This document shows, in pieces, positions 35,121 through 50,300 of a stretch of 64,000 bases of DNA. Location: positions 2,817,757 through 2,881,756 of the forward strand of contig NW_004797271.1 of NCBI RefSeq assembly GCF_000002075.1, given 5' to 3'. Numbering within the stretch: the stretch's first letter is position 1; each line of letters starts with the position of its first letter. The position numbers were made by a program, and so were the translations under genes. Source of the stretch: Aplysia californica (Eukaryota). The notes under the pieces were generated by a model. The model was given only the letters and a program-made list of their open reading frames with translations, did no database searches and was not told the origin of the DNA.

Positions 35121-37978
35121 CTTCTGTTTGTTTCCTGCTGGGTGCCTTTTCATTTTTGGGATAACAGCTGTTCACTGTGTCCTGTTTGTGTACATAAATG
35201 AGTTTGACACGAAAAGATTAGCACACACGCAAAAAGTATATGCTGTATAAAAAAAATAACTTTTCATTTATATCACAATCTCTGTATCAGTCTTAAACTA
35301 ATTTATGTTGTGTTTCATGTTTCCTTTTTTTTTTCTCTTTTGCTGCTGTAGTTTGATTAAAGATCGTCCGAAAGCTATTCCACTACTTCCTGGAGGTATT
35401 CTGGCAGATGAAATGGGTCTAGGCAAGACAGTGGAAGTTCTTTGTTGCATGTTGCTCCATCCTCGGCAAGACTTGGAACCTCTGCAGGCTTTACCCGTTC
35501 TCGCAGACTCTGAAACATATTCTACGGTCCCTTCGCCTGATGTTGATAAGCTGAATGGTGCAAAGGATGGATCTGAAATGCCGAAAGATGAGCTGGTATT
35601 GAATGGTGTCAAAGATGCAGTGAAAATTGCTCAAGAGAACTCTGACTGTGTAGACCAAAGTGAGGCTCACTTAAGTGGGGATAAATTATTAGGGAAAGAT
35701 GAGTATTTATTGCCAAGTTGTTCTTACAATGCTCAAGACGTGGAGACTAGTGACGATTTATTTGCTCAGTCCCTCTGTGTTGGTCTGAAGAGTTGTGAGT
35801 CGGTGAAAGAGTGCTCAGACATGGACAAGGAATCGGTGCCAGGCAGTAATGATAATGGGTACTCTCACAGTGTTGTCTCAGACTCTCTGAAATCAGGAAC
35901 AGTAAAAATGGAAGTGCCACTTAATATTTTGTCCACATCAGAACACATTGGGGAAATTCAGTTTCATGTCAAAGAAAGTTTAGATTTGTGTGGAGAGTCA
36001 GACATGGACACAGATAGTGGGGCCCACACAAAACCTGGTTCAGTTCCTGACGGGAATGAACTGAAGCAAACTCTTGACGATGCAAATGGCTGTGGTGTTT
36101 CTGACAGTCTGACACTGGCTGAGAACAAAGCTCAGATTTCATTACTGGACGGATCTAGAATTGTAACAACTGTCCCATCATCTTTGTCATCCGCTGAAGG
36201 CTCTGGTGCACATTCCTCTGCCGCTACTTCGGCTGAACAGGACAATACATTACAGTCTTCACAAAGAACTTCAGAAGGCAGCTGCAGCAGTGGTAAGAAA
36301 AGAGCCCACCGCAAATCAAGAGGGTATGTGGAATATGTGCCTGTGTCAAGTGAGGATACAAGCTATTTTAACACGAAGCCGGCAGCAAGAAAGCAGTTCT
36401 TTGAGTGCAACTGTGGCCAGTTGGAGAACGAAGCAGAGACTTCCCGCAGAGGACTGCACACTGTCTCGTGTCTTCAGTGCGGCATGTCGCAGCATGCAGA
36501 GTGCATGAACTATGACCTCACAGATCCTCTCCGTGGGGACTATCTGTGTCCTCATTGCCATGCTCTTTCAGTGAGTATTAGGATTTGCGCTTTAAAAAGC
36601 ATAGTCTTAAGAAATGATGTAGATGGTGGGCGGGAACAACAGGGTTGTTCCTTTTTATGCTTCTTATAAAATACTGTGTATTCTATACTTTATACTGTCT
36701 CTAGTCTTACTGTGTCATTCAGAGCAATCCAGGGCCTTAAAAAGCAAGATTTTAGTGGAAAGAGAAGGATTGGGTTTTTTTCTCTGGTTTTAGAAATCTA
36801 TGTTGAAGAAGTGCAGGTTGTATAAATAATGGATACTTATTGTAGAAAGGTTATAATATTTTTGGTGCCATCAGTTCCCAACTACCTGGTTTAAGTGATA
36901 CAAATATAGTACATACTGCAAATCACAAATTTTGATACATAGTTCTTTGTTGATGTCTTCCTCAGAGTACCATCAAGTCAGGAGCAACACTGATCATCTC
37001 CCCATACTCGATCTGCCACCAGTGGATTGAGGAAATCCGTAAACACATCAAAGAATGCAGCATTAAAGTCTTTGTTAGTTGAAGTTTTTATTGTTGTAGC
37101 ATTCATCCTTTAACGAACTAGAATTGAAAAGATATAGGAGCATTGAAAACAGTCATTTGATTACTAGGTATTTAAATTATAACAAAAACTGGGTCTTATG
37201 GTTGCTATGTTAATGTGAAGTTGATGACTAAACAAACAGGCTGCAGCAACTTTGGAACTGAAGTTTTTCAGAAGCTGTTTTACTTTGTGATTTGTACAAA
37301 TGAATTCAAAACTGGTCTAAAGATGGGTCATGGGAATTTTGTTTCTTTCATTTTTTTCAACGGTTACTTTTAATTGTCTTGCTTTATATGTCTAACACTG
37401 TCACTTGAAAAAAGATGCTATGACTGCATTAAGAATAGACGGCTGAAGTTTTGTGAGAGAAGTATGCATTTATTTCTATATGTTGAGGTTTCTTTGTGAA
37501 TGATAAGAGAAATTTTTTTTTACATTTGTGTGCCTCCTGCTGGACCTGATTTGCTCATTTTACAAGCGAAGCTTTTTGCTTAGTGTAGAATGAAGAAGAA
37601 GGACAGAGGAAGGAAAGACGACAGAGATGATACACACACATGAACATCACACAGAAAAGAAAATCCAGTTCTTTGCTTCGTTCTCAGATCTACACAGGGG
37701 TATCTAAGCTCGGCTACACCCAGCCTCAAACACTGGCTCAGCAGGACATTGTCATCACAACTTATGACGTACTCAGGAAGGAAGTAGACTATGCTAATTT
37801 ACCACACACCAACAGTAAGTTTTTATTGGTATAGAATCAACATGTCTTAGTGTCAGGTTTGATCTGTTGATAGATGTGAATAAAAATAATATCAAATCTG
37901 CTGTTACTTGTCCCGAGGCAACTGCCTGTGCATACACATCTCCCCCCCCCCCCCTCCCCCCCCAGGAGGACTAGATAA

Positions 37979-38016
<38 letters not shown>

Positions 38017-41000
38017 AATTTAGATCTCCCCCCCCCCCCCCCCCCCTGCATTTTTAAAAGATAATAATGACATTGTCTTAAAGGACCACCTGTCAAAGAT
38101 GACAACTTTTCTCCAGGACAATGGGTGGTCTTCTTGGACAACTTCAATTGTTTATTTTTTCTTGTTGGAGACTCCGAATGCGATGTAGGTGTAAGGGTCC
38201 TTCACTTTCTTTCTTTTGCTTCTTCTGCAGATCATCATCAATATCAGGCGTACAAGTTTTTTTGCACAGTAGACTTTGATTGTAAATGATTTACAACCCT
38301 ACTGTTACAGTTAAGATATTTAGAAAGTGGGCTGGTATGACACTGCCTATCGGGGCCCAACCAAAACTAGCAGAGAGATGGAGGTAGGCCTATTCAATAA
38401 AAATATGTCTGCCCAGCGAGGGAATGAAACTTGCATCTTTTGCAAGCTAGGAAAATAGCCTTACCTTCAAACCATAGCTGACAGTGAGGTTACCTCCCTG
38501 TTTTGGAATGCAAAATGTTTAACAGACAGATACCATTGTCGGAACTGAGAGACTGCACAAAGTTCTGAAGCTTGTGATGCTTTTTTTCCTTTTCATTTGT
38601 TTGTCCTACTCCTCCCTCTTGTTTTAATCTTTGTAACTGATTCATCAAGTACAGTCAAACCTGCTCTTAAGTCTAAAGGGCACTTTTATTAGACAAACCT
38701 GTACAAATAGCCACTTCCATTTTCATCCATTTCATATTTTTTTTACACTGTGTACGATGGTCACCTGTCTAAGAAGGCTAATTTTGTCCTCGACCCTGGG
38801 GGACCGTCTTTGACAGATTCGACTGTAGTTGGCTAGCTTGAAATTTTTCTTTGTGTTTTTCAGGTGAGTCAGGCAGGCGTTTTCGCCACCCTAAACGCTT
38901 CTTAGCAACACCATCTCCCATGGTAGCTGTAGAGTGGTGGAGAGTAAGTTGTCTTTTTTTTTGCATTAGTCCTAGTTCCTAAGGAACCAAAGTTTTTTTA
39001 GATTTGCCATTTAAGTCTGCTGTTATTTGAACTGTTCAATTGTTAATCTGTTGTGCAGTAAATGGCAGTTTTTTTGGAAAATACCACATATTTTTTTTTC
39101 TGTAAATCAATTGAAGTATATTCTTTGAAAGCGTATGAAAGCTGAGAGAGCTTTCTGTTTACACCACTTTTTGAACTACAGTCGTACCTGCTCTAATGGC
39201 CACCTATTTAAGACAATCGTCTGTATAAATGACTACCCCCCCCCCCCCCCCCCCCCACAGACTTTCAAAAAAATATTATGATGACACTGCAAAATGTCCA
39301 CCCGGAACTATTAAAATACGTCCATTTGTTTTGATTTAATGACCAATTTGGTGACATGTATGTCTCAGAGGTTTTGTACCAAAAGAGGGTCCCGGCATGG
39401 CAGGGAAAACCCTTCTCTGGAGATAAAGAGTTAAGCTGGTTCAGGATTGATTTGATTGAAGTTTATCACCTGTCTAGATGCAGAATATATAATTTTGAAG
39501 ACTGAGTGTGTGACAACATCCTGCCAGAACATTAGGTGGAAAAAAATATGTTCAGAAAAGAAGGACGTAGCTCTGTCTTATTTAAATATATTGGTACTCA
39601 GTGTTCCACGTCCAAGGTGGGTGTGTATCCAGATATGCTGCAGTGGCCAACTCAGTGTTGTGTAAAAGCTGTATTTTAAAAATAGTTTTCACAATTTGTT
39701 CTGTCTGTCTTAAATGAAAATTCAAATGTTCCACTTGATATAATGTTCTCTGTCTCTAATTGTTATAGCCTGACCTATTTAGACAGGTGTAGTGTAGAAG
39801 ATCTAGGACATGTTTTTTTTTCTAGGTACTATGAGTATTGAGCTCTTTTGTTTGCTACATTTTTTTGCCTCTCGCCTGCCCTCAGATTTGCCTTGATGAA
39901 GCTCAAATGGTAGAGTGTGTAACCACAAAGGTATGTAGATGTCAGTAACTTGGCTTTTCTGCATGTTTTTGTCATTGTTATATGACTGTACTGTAAGAAG
40001 ACGAATGTGCCAGGAAGATAAGCAAATAATACTCCATTCATGATCTGTTCATAGAAAGTTTTGCTTTCCATCATATATTGAAATGGCTTTATTCAATGCT
40101 TACTTGACGTAGTCCCATCAGTATTCAGGAAAATCTGCATCCTGACAAAGTGGGTGTTTGGTGGGAACCCTAGTGTGGTTTGTTCCTTCATTCCTGTTAA
40201 ATTTCTATCTTTGTTATCTCTCCTCCTTTTTTCTTGTGTTTGTTACTCAGTTGTAACGCATCCTATCTTTGGCTTTTATTTGATCTAATTGTTTTGTAAA
40301 TGTGCTGTAAATCTTTTACTAAAACAATACAAATTTTGACAAAGGGTTTTGACAGATAGTAGCTCAAACTGCAGTCTATAATTCCTACATATAGTTTTTT
40401 CATGCATCATGCTCTCTTCTTTCAAACCAGACTGCAGAGATGGCTCTGCGCCTGAAGGCAGTGAACAGATGGTGTGTGACTGGAACGCCACTCATGCGGA
40501 GTGTGGAAGGTTTGTATCCAAGTATTAGTGGTAATGTAACACATAAAGTGTGCACTCTGTGCAATATTTGAAAAGTTTTCGGGTTTCTGCTATCTGTTTT
40601 TTTTTTCTTCTAATCACAAATAGAGCATTTTGAAATTGGAGAACTGGCACTCATATGACATCATTGTGTTGCAAGTGCCATACTTTTACTAAAACAAAAA
40701 CGAAGTTGGAGTACTTGGTTCAGGGGCTCCAGTAAGGAACAAGAAAAGATTTTGATGATGGTGGAAACGATACACCATAGAAAATCGTAATGCAGTCAAA
40801 CCTGCTCTTGTGGTCCAAGACAATCAGCTTTACAAATGACACCCCCCTCCCCCCCACCCTTGCCCTTAACTTTACAAGTCTGCAAAACCCAACAATATTC
40901 AATCTCTGTTAAAAGACACCTCAGAATGTTTTGAATCTGTAAAAGCATGGATGATTGAAAATAAATTGAAATTAAATGATGACAAAACAGAAATCATGCC

Positions 41001-44000
41001 ATGCTCAACCAGCTCAAAGATAAATGCTCTTGATGTAGAATGTCTCTCCATTGGCAAAGGTACTGTCGCTTTTTCAAACAAAGCAAAAAATCTAGGAGTT
41101 TACTTAGACAAAGACTTGTCCATGGAGACCCAACTTAACCATCTATTTAAAATTTCATACTTAGAAATGAGAAGAATTGCACACATAAGGAAATTTCTTA
41201 TCACTGATGCCACCAAAAAACTAGTGTTTGCCTTCATTTTGTCACGCATTGATTATTGCAATTCACTGTTCGCTGGCCTACCTGAAGAAAAAATTGCATA
41301 ACTCCAAGGCATTCAAAACAATGCTGCCAGACTAGTATTAAAGCAATCAAAACGCCATCATGTGACTCCCCTACTTAAAGAGCTACATTGGCTTCCACTG
41401 AAAGCAAAAATTGAATATAAGTTAGCCCTACTATGCTTCAAAGGTCAAACTAACCAGTCTCCCACATACATTCAAGAACTCATTGTACCATACACACCAT
41501 CACGTGAACTAAGATCCAGTGGCTCTAGACTAATTTCAACACCTCGTGTGTCACTGAAGAAATATGGTGAGAGAGCTTGTTCTTTTTCTGGGCCAACAGT
41601 TTGGAACACTCTCCCTCATGATTTGAGAAGTGAAATAAAACTTTATACCTTCGAAAGGGGACTCAAAACACATCTACTTAAGAAGTATTTTAATTAATGG
41701 ACAGTACCTTTGCCTTTTTGTATGAGCATTTTTTATTGTCTGAAAGAATGTTGCTGTCAAAAAGTGCGCACATGATGAATTTGTATGGTGTTAGTATGAA
41801 TGCGTTTTTAATCTCCTATGTACGCCTTGGGCCCATGTTGTGGGGAAAGGCGGGATACAAATGCTCTTATTATTATTATTAATCTATAATGACTCTACGA
41901 AATGTCCAGGTGTCTAAGACAACTAATTGTTCAGTCTCTATATCCATAAAAAATAGAAAGAGCCATTGATATATTTGGAGTAAATTTATTTTCTTTGAAT
42001 TTTGTAATAATAAATAGTCTTTGTCTAGTGCATACCCCTCCTTGACAGCAAGCTCTATGCACTTTAAACTATATTATTACCCCAAGGGACCATTTAATAC
42101 TCAGAATCGTTCTCGGCTTCCCGGGAATCATACAGAGCAAGCAGCCGATTAATGGCTCAAACGCTAACAGACTGATAAGGGGGGGGTTGGTTTGTTGGCA
42201 CCAACAACTCGCCATTCACCAGAGCCGTGTCAGTGAAAACAGGGATCACCACGGGCAGGTACGGTTGGCTGGATTGGGAGAAGCTGTTTGAGACGCTGAG
42301 GCATTTCTCAATATTTAAATGAGACCCATCACCAGTCCTTGATCCCTGTGGTTGAGGGGGAAAAATGCCCATTTTTCAATACAACATGACTATTATTGTG
42401 TTGATGTGCTTAGTTTTACTCAAAGAAACAAACAAAATCGTTAAGCATGCATCTCTGCTTGCGGGTAGTTGGCTCCTTCTTTCCTATCAAACATCTATTG
42501 TCCCGATCTCTCCTCCTTTTTATTTGTTTGTTACTCTCTTGTAACACCTAATCTTCAGCGCTTCTGTGACTTTATTGTGCTGCAAGTGCCGTAAAATTCT
42601 TACTAAAACTAAAACGTCTTTTCGTCTGTTCCCTCAGACATCTATGGCCTGCTGCTGTTCCTGGGCATGGACCCTCTGCTGGTTCAACAGTGGTTTAAAC
42701 TGCTGGTCTGGGAACCTTTCTGCCACGGCTTCTCCGCACCCATGCACCATGCCCTGTCCCAGGTGCTTTGGCGCACGGCCAAGAAGGATGTTATTGATCA
42801 GGTGACAGAGTCTGTGTGAAATATGAGGCACCGTGGTGAAATTAGGTGCTCGTCGAAATGATGAAATCGAAGAAACAGGCATTTTTCCATCACTTTGGCA
42901 ATTTTTATCGAATTTTAGTTTTCTGACTCATTTCTATTTGAATTTTACTTAAAAACGTTGATTAAAGGCACCAAATATGTAATTTTTTCAGTTTTCGAGT
43001 ACTTTCAAAGTTACCAAACTTTGGTAGGCATTTTTTCACTAATTTTGCTACTGAAACCAGGCAACCTCCTACCTCCTTCAATCGCAAATGTCTCAACTTC
43101 TTTTCAAGATAGATGTGTAATTTTTTCTCATTGAAAGCGAGGCAAATGAACAAGCTTTCAGATGATACCAATAAATCCACATGCCCAGAAAAATGACGAG
43201 CGCCTGATTCCACTGTGTCGTGAACCATATTGTTTTGTTCCGTACGTCTTTGGGAGCGTAGAGGATACCACTTTGTTGTTCTATTTATTTATTCTACCTC
43301 TTGGCAGTATTAATATTAGGTGTGAGAGAAGCCTTTAGTAGAATAAAGGTAGGTTTTTCTTTTTAGGCAGCCTTCTTTTATTTTTAGAAATTGGTTTTAT
43401 TGTGGTAGAGCTTTCAGCTCTCTCTCTCAGGCTAATGTGTATGACATTGTGAAATATTCTGCAAAAAAGATATTGGATTATGGAGCAATATGTATTCTGT
43501 GTTGTTCCCCGTATGTCGTAGAAAATATTTGGTAAAGTGGTCAATGTGTGAATGAAATGTAATGTTTTTAATGTGTAAAATGAATTGCTTTGTGGTTTTG
43601 TGTTGTCATCATGACCTTACTTTTAACACATGACCTTGAGGGGATGTTTTTTGGTATTGGCAGATTGACCTACCAGCCCAGTCTGAGGAAGTGAACTGGC
43701 TGACCTTTTCCCCAGTGGAGGAGCATTTCTACAGAAGGCAGTATGAGATCTATGAGCGGAATGCTTACATTGTGAGTTGTTAGTGTACGTTTTACGGCAC
43801 TTGCAACTCAGTTTGGTCAAATAAGTGTCCGTAATTAGAGGTGTTTACATACAAAGTCAAGAAAAAGAAGAGATAATGATGACAGATGTTACACATAATG
43901 AGTTTTGTGGCTCTTTGGAAGTGAGGCTTGTGCACACGGTTTATAATATTTAGACAGTGCAAGTTTTAAATTGTTTTTTTTTTTAAATGTTGAAAAGCAA

Positions 44001-47000
44001 GAGATGGATCTTTTTTGTTTAGTTTTGTTTTTGAAGCCTTTGATGAATCAATGTTTTTTCCTGAGTTGGAAGAATTATGGGAAGGGATGAGGGATTGAAG
44101 AGGGTGTAATTAAATGTAATGTTTTTAATATATGAAATAAAGTGCTTTTTTGTTTTAGAAAGTTATGTTTTAAAAATTGTTGGTACTTATAAATCAGATT
44201 ACTGGCATTGTGTTAAATCATTTTTTTTACTTTATTCATCTACATATTTAAGATGTTGATATGATTCTATCTTGTGCTAGTTTATTTTTTGAATGTAAAT
44301 CTGTGTGAAGGCTAAGAAAAGTTTGACTCTTATTTGCTTTATTTTTAGCATCGCAGAAAGGTTCAAAACAATCAGGACCCTAACACAAAACTCCATGCTC
44401 TGGATCGCAAAACGATGAATGAGGTAAGTAGGCTCAAGTCAGATCATTCACTCCCCACCAAAATATTTCACAATAGAGTTGAGGAGAGGGATTGTATGTC
44501 AAAGATAACTAGATTATGGCGTTGATTATTGTATGACTTACTTTTCCAATGCTAAAACTCGAAATATTGTGGGGGGGTTTTCGTGGTGTAAAATGTTCAT
44601 TTCACTGTTGTTGGGATGTTCTCATTTTCCTTATTTAAACCAACATGTCACTTTCCGTCTGTATCGGATTTTCTTTCATGAAGACTCAACTTTTGGTCAG
44701 TCAGCTTCTAAAATTGTCAAGGGTACTTAAAGCATGTCAAAAGAATTTGTCAAAGAGAATAACATTTTGTTTCAGTTGTTGAGTCCTCTGTTCCGCTTGA
44801 GACAAGCCTGCTGTCACCCACAGATTGTGAGAGGAGAGTTCCTCCCTCTGAATAGAAAGTAAGTTCAACTGCTTTTTCTTAAATCACTGGCTCCCCAAGC
44901 TGCTGTCATGATTGAAGGATTTTTTTTATCACCTTGCTTTATCATGTTTGCAATAGTGATTACTGAGTTTGAGTAGGCAATATTTTTTAAAGACATCTCA
45001 TGTAGAGACGTTTGTGACTCAAACTTATTTAAAAAAAGGTTGCATATTGATAGTGACTGTTGAAAAGTGGTCAACTTCGAGTTACATAAGACGAAAACGA
45101 TCTGTCACTTTTATTATTCAATAAAATGTGAAATTTTTATTGTAAAGCTCTCTAGCTTTGAGGATGAAATTGCATATACACATGATGTAGAGCATTATAT
45201 TCTGTGAATAGACTGATGAAAAATGCCATTTGTAAGTCTCAGATTATGTCGGTTTTTGCTTTAAAGTCAAAGATATTCATGGTTATCAAAGTTTGATTAC
45301 TAGTCTTTTCTCTGTAGTTTCAGAATACTTACAAATTGATCTTACAATACAAATGTTCAAAATGATTTTTAATGGATGATGTAACTATATTTAGTTTATG
45401 TACTGAGTATACAATTCAAAGTTTTATTCTGTCACTTTCTCACCTTTGAAAAGTTTTCAAAAGAGAAGAAAAGGGGCAAATTGGGGTCATAGGAATTTTG
45501 AAGTAAATGACTCTTTCAACACTGAAGTTACTTAAGAGTCAGGTTATCCAATGTAATGTTTATCTCTAATGGGACTGAGCCAAGTTGGCGGAGAGCCCAA
45601 AAAAGCCAAGTTCAAGAATGTCTTTAAAATAATTGAAAAAAAAAAGATACTTTTCTTTGAAGTCCAGCATGATGTGAATGGAGCTCACTTTGTTTTTGCT
45701 CTGTCTTTGTCTTGATGTTTTAGGTGATATACACTGACCTAAAAAGTCTCAATAAGCTTATATTGCCCATCTCTGAGATAAGTGATCCCGCTCTGACTTA
45801 AAAGATTGATGATTTGACAATTGGATTCTTTTCTTTTTTCCAGAATGATGACCATGGAGAAAGTTCTGGAGCACATGACCAAGAAAGTGAAGACAGAGTG
45901 CGAGGAGGCTCATCGGCAGATTGTGGCTTCTCTCAACGGTCTCGCAGGACTGGCCATTTTGAGGGGGAAGGTCAGTATTTTCAGTTGCTGTTCTACAGAC
46001 ATGTTTTGATCACTGTAATTTACTGGGTTGTTTTCCATCCTTTTAGGTGCTGTTTAGGTTGTTCCATAAGGTGTTCCTTCTAGCACCTGATATGAAGGTG
46101 ATGTGCTGCCAGTGGTACTTGTAATACTTTTGGATGTAGAGAACTTGTATATCAAGCCTTTCTCTTTATTCAGGTCGCATTATTTGTGCAGTCTTGTGGG
46201 AATGGCATCTCTAATTATAAACTGGTGAATTTTGCTTATTGATCATGAATATTGACCTTCAAGCTGGTCTTTCTTGCGCTTTGTTTGGCTTTTCACCTTT
46301 AAAAATAAATCCCAAATTGTTTGCCTCCTTTGACATTTAGAGACAAGTTTCTTTGACGGTTACTGTAAAATTTTCGCAATTATGCTACATCGAAAATATT
46401 TTTCTCCTTTCACCAATAGGAATATGCTAATATCTCTGTTTGAAATGTTATGTAATACAAATATCAGAATAAATGTAGTAAAATCTCTTGGATGTTTTTT
46501 GGAGATCTACTGTGAGTTATGTTTCTCTTTATTTGTCATACTGGTCTCTGCTTTGGAGTGGTCTTTCAAAAAAATACCCGCATTTTGTTCTGGCATGTGG
46601 GGTAACATTACCAATTTTTACTGATAAATGACAAGTTTTGATTGATAACTGGATAAATTTTGAATGACATACTTGATAACTTGACAAATTTTTATTGATA
46701 TTGTGACAAATTTTGATTTGATATTTTGATTTGATTTGGGGGAAAATTTTGATTGATAACTGGACAATTGTGGCCTCCAGTTGCTGGATGCGGTGGACAA
46801 GTACCGGGAGGTGTTGCGGTCAGTGGAGGAGCACAAGGAGCGTTTCCGCACCGACGACCTGCAGCAGTTGCACGCCATGCACAACCTGGCCTGGGTGCTG
46901 GACTCGAAGCCAGAGGGACTAGCTCCCACCATGAGGGACGCCTCGCTGAAAGAACAGGTAGGTCTTTCTCTCGTTCTTCTGCTTCTTTTTTGGGGGTTTT

Positions 47001-47265
47001 TCTACACTGACTGGGTGAGTTCATTTTGTTTAGGTATGTCTTTCGCTTGTTCTTCTGTGTCTTTGGCTATTTTTATGTTTGCTTTCTCTTGCTGATATGT
47101 GTGTCGGTTCCTCTTTTTTTCTTCCTTCTCTGTCTTATTCTGTCTCTCTCAGATTCTTCCGCGTTTCTATCTCTTACTTTTTACTGTCTGTCAGTCTCTA
47201 TTTCTCCCTCTCCCTCTTTCCTCTCCCTCTCCCTCTTTCCTCTCCCTCTCCCCTCCCTCGCCCTC

Positions 47266-47340
<75 letters not shown>

Positions 47341-50300
47341 TGGATTAGTTAGGTGAAGCATGTTGCCAGAAAGAACCTTGAATTAAAATTAAACTCAAAA
47401 GTCTTTCTTCCCACCCCCTTATTCCAATATTTTACTCTAGATTATTTTGCACATATCATGTATAGTTAAAATCTAGGCTAGCGGCCGCCTGTCCAAGACA
47501 GTCGCCTGTCCAAACAACCACCTCCTACTTCCCTCTTTGTGTTTATTTTCACATTGTAATGAGACTGTCCAAGACGTTGACCTGTTGAGTACAACCACAT
47601 TTCTCCTCGATAGTGGGTGGTCGGTTGTCTTGAACAATTTTGACTGTAATTTTGTCTTTCTACTGGGATGAAAGATCCCACACAGCCCTCGTTACCTCTG
47701 TCAGGCAGACTCGGGATCAAATCATTTCGCTTCCTTTTTGCTCTATATATTGTGTAGACAGGGATGTGAAACGTTTACAGTGAACCTTGTTTATGTGCAC
47801 AGTGCCGGGAACTGAAGGACAAGTACATGAACAAAGCGACGGCGAACATCGGTGCAAGCAGAGAGGCTCTTGACAGTTCGCAGGCCAACATTACCGAGGT
47901 CAACCAAAAGGTGAGAGGAATGCCGTCTTTTCTGGTCGAGTTTTGTGAAGGAAATGAAAGTGTGCGCACTGGGTACATTTTTGTGTTGTCTTGCTGACAA
48001 AGCTCTTTTTTTTTACTTATTACAGTACAGGCTGTAATGAGAGATTGAGGACGATTCTAAGTCTATCTTGTAATGATCTAGGAGTTAGAAGTTAGTGAGC
48101 TTAGGCTCATAATAATGTCTAGCGTGTGTTGGTGATATGGTGTTCTGGTGCATGATTACTAGGTTTGTCCTCGAGCAAGACACAGTAACTTTAGCTGAAA
48201 GTCAGTTGGCCCTGACAGGCAGGGTGGAAGCCAGCCTCCTAAATGATTAAAAAAATTTTCAAGGGGGGCCTTTTGGTCCAACCTCTGAAAACAGGTCTGA
48301 GGGGATAAAGGTTCTGGGAAAGACAAGAACATTTCAACCCCTCTCATTTTTGAATCGCATACTTTTTTGTGTTGACCAAGCATGTTAGTCAATTGCACTC
48401 TGTTTGCAGACTTACTTTGGAATGTGTCTTGAATATTTTTACAATGGAAATGAAACTTTTAAATGCTCAAAATGTAGCAAACTCTTCCTCGCCAGAATTG
48501 GTCTCATTGACTGTAGCAGAAGCTACAAATTATCTTAATTCTTAATTCTTCTATATTATTACTTATGAAATATACTCCTCTGTAGATGCTTTGGTCATTG
48601 TGAGACACTAACAGACAATTATAGTTATTCTGCAAGGATGAAGAACAGTTTTTTTTTTTTTTAAAACATATATTTTATTTTGTTTTATGACTTTTTCCAC
48701 AATTGTCGTTCCTTTTGCAAAATTTGTAATGCTGCTTCATCTAAATTTGGCAAAGTAAAAAATCCATGTTTGTCCTCTGTACAGCTTCAGGGTCTTGATG
48801 GTGACTGGTGGGCAGATGTGGTGGAGATGACAGTGCAGAGAGGCATTGACCCCGATCTCATGGATAAGGTCAAGGACGATCTTCTAAAGACATCCTCCAC
48901 AGAAGGCACAATTGCCGACTCGTAAGCACTTGATACTTTGCTTTGCATTTTGATTAGCAATAGCGTGCTTGTAAAATTGTCTGTATTGATGTAATATTAC
49001 ACAATGTGTGAGGTAGATGTAACCTCTGAATTGTTTTATACATGCACTGTATTTGCCGTTGAAGCCAAAATACTTGTTCACATGGCAGTCGAAATTGTCT
49101 AAGATGGCCACCTATTGTCGAGGACAAAAGACTGGTGGGTGGTCCTGACAGTGTCGTTATGATATTTTCAAAAAAAAAGAAGGGAAGTAGTTGTTTCTAA
49201 TGGCAGTTGTGGTAGATTGGTTAGACCTCTATTTATTTCGTGTGTGTGTGTGTGCCTGGAGAAAGGTCCCAGTTGTCGGAATTTTTAGATATTGAAATAA
49301 GGGCATATTCTTGTTGTAAATTCAATGCTGAACATGCTGATTAAAAAATGTTCTGTCTTGAATAGTTTTAAAGATATGCTACATTTTGTATCACAGGGTG
49401 TAAAAGCAAAGTTTGGAGAAAAACCCAATTACTAGCATATCTTTAACCTTTGGTGAAGTACATGTTGACAAAATAATTATAACTTTTTTCAATATGTTAT
49501 TAAGAAATGGTTACACATGTGTTTCTGATGGAAAATTTTTTTTGATTAGGTACAACTTTGGGCCATTTCACCATGTTGCTCAAAAATAGCTTTGCCGACA
49601 ACTGGGACCTTTCTCCAGGCACACACATTCATTTATTTATTTTTCTCTAATGAGAGTCAATGTTGTTTGACTCTTTTTATAGCTTCACCAACACAGACGG
49701 CCTCATGTACGTTGTGGACTCGCACCTGCAAGCCTTGATCAAGGCCCGCAGCACGCTCACCTCTGCTCTGGAGAAACTCGTGGAGAATACCTCAGCCCTC
49801 CTTGTGCAAACTGCTGCAACTTGCTGCCTGAGACCCGTGGAGGAAATCCTCAAGTCGTGAGTTGTCTGTTGTTGAGGGTTAGGTTTTACCTCTTATTTTA
49901 ATTTGATTTTTTAAAGTTACAAATTGATAGTGACACTGAGACACAATTGACTGGCATTGTAAAGGACATACTGACTTGTGTCTTTCCAGCTGCTTCATTA
50001 ATCAAGCTGTCTTTTCTCACTTGAATTTTGTAGACACTTTTGCAAAATAGATATGTGGATTGTTGGAGACCAATACTGGTAGGTCCTCCTTTTTTCTTCT
50101 TCTGTTCCAGTCTCTATTTTACGCTTTCCCAACGCTAAATGACTGTTAATGTGTTGACATGCTTCTCTTTTCTTGAACAAAAAATAGCAAATAAATACGT
50201 TTTATGAGAAATTTATGCTAGTGGAAGTTTGTATCTTAGTAAGGGGATATATATTTTTCTTTTGACAATGAATATAAATGAAGGCATCAGGTATGTGGCT

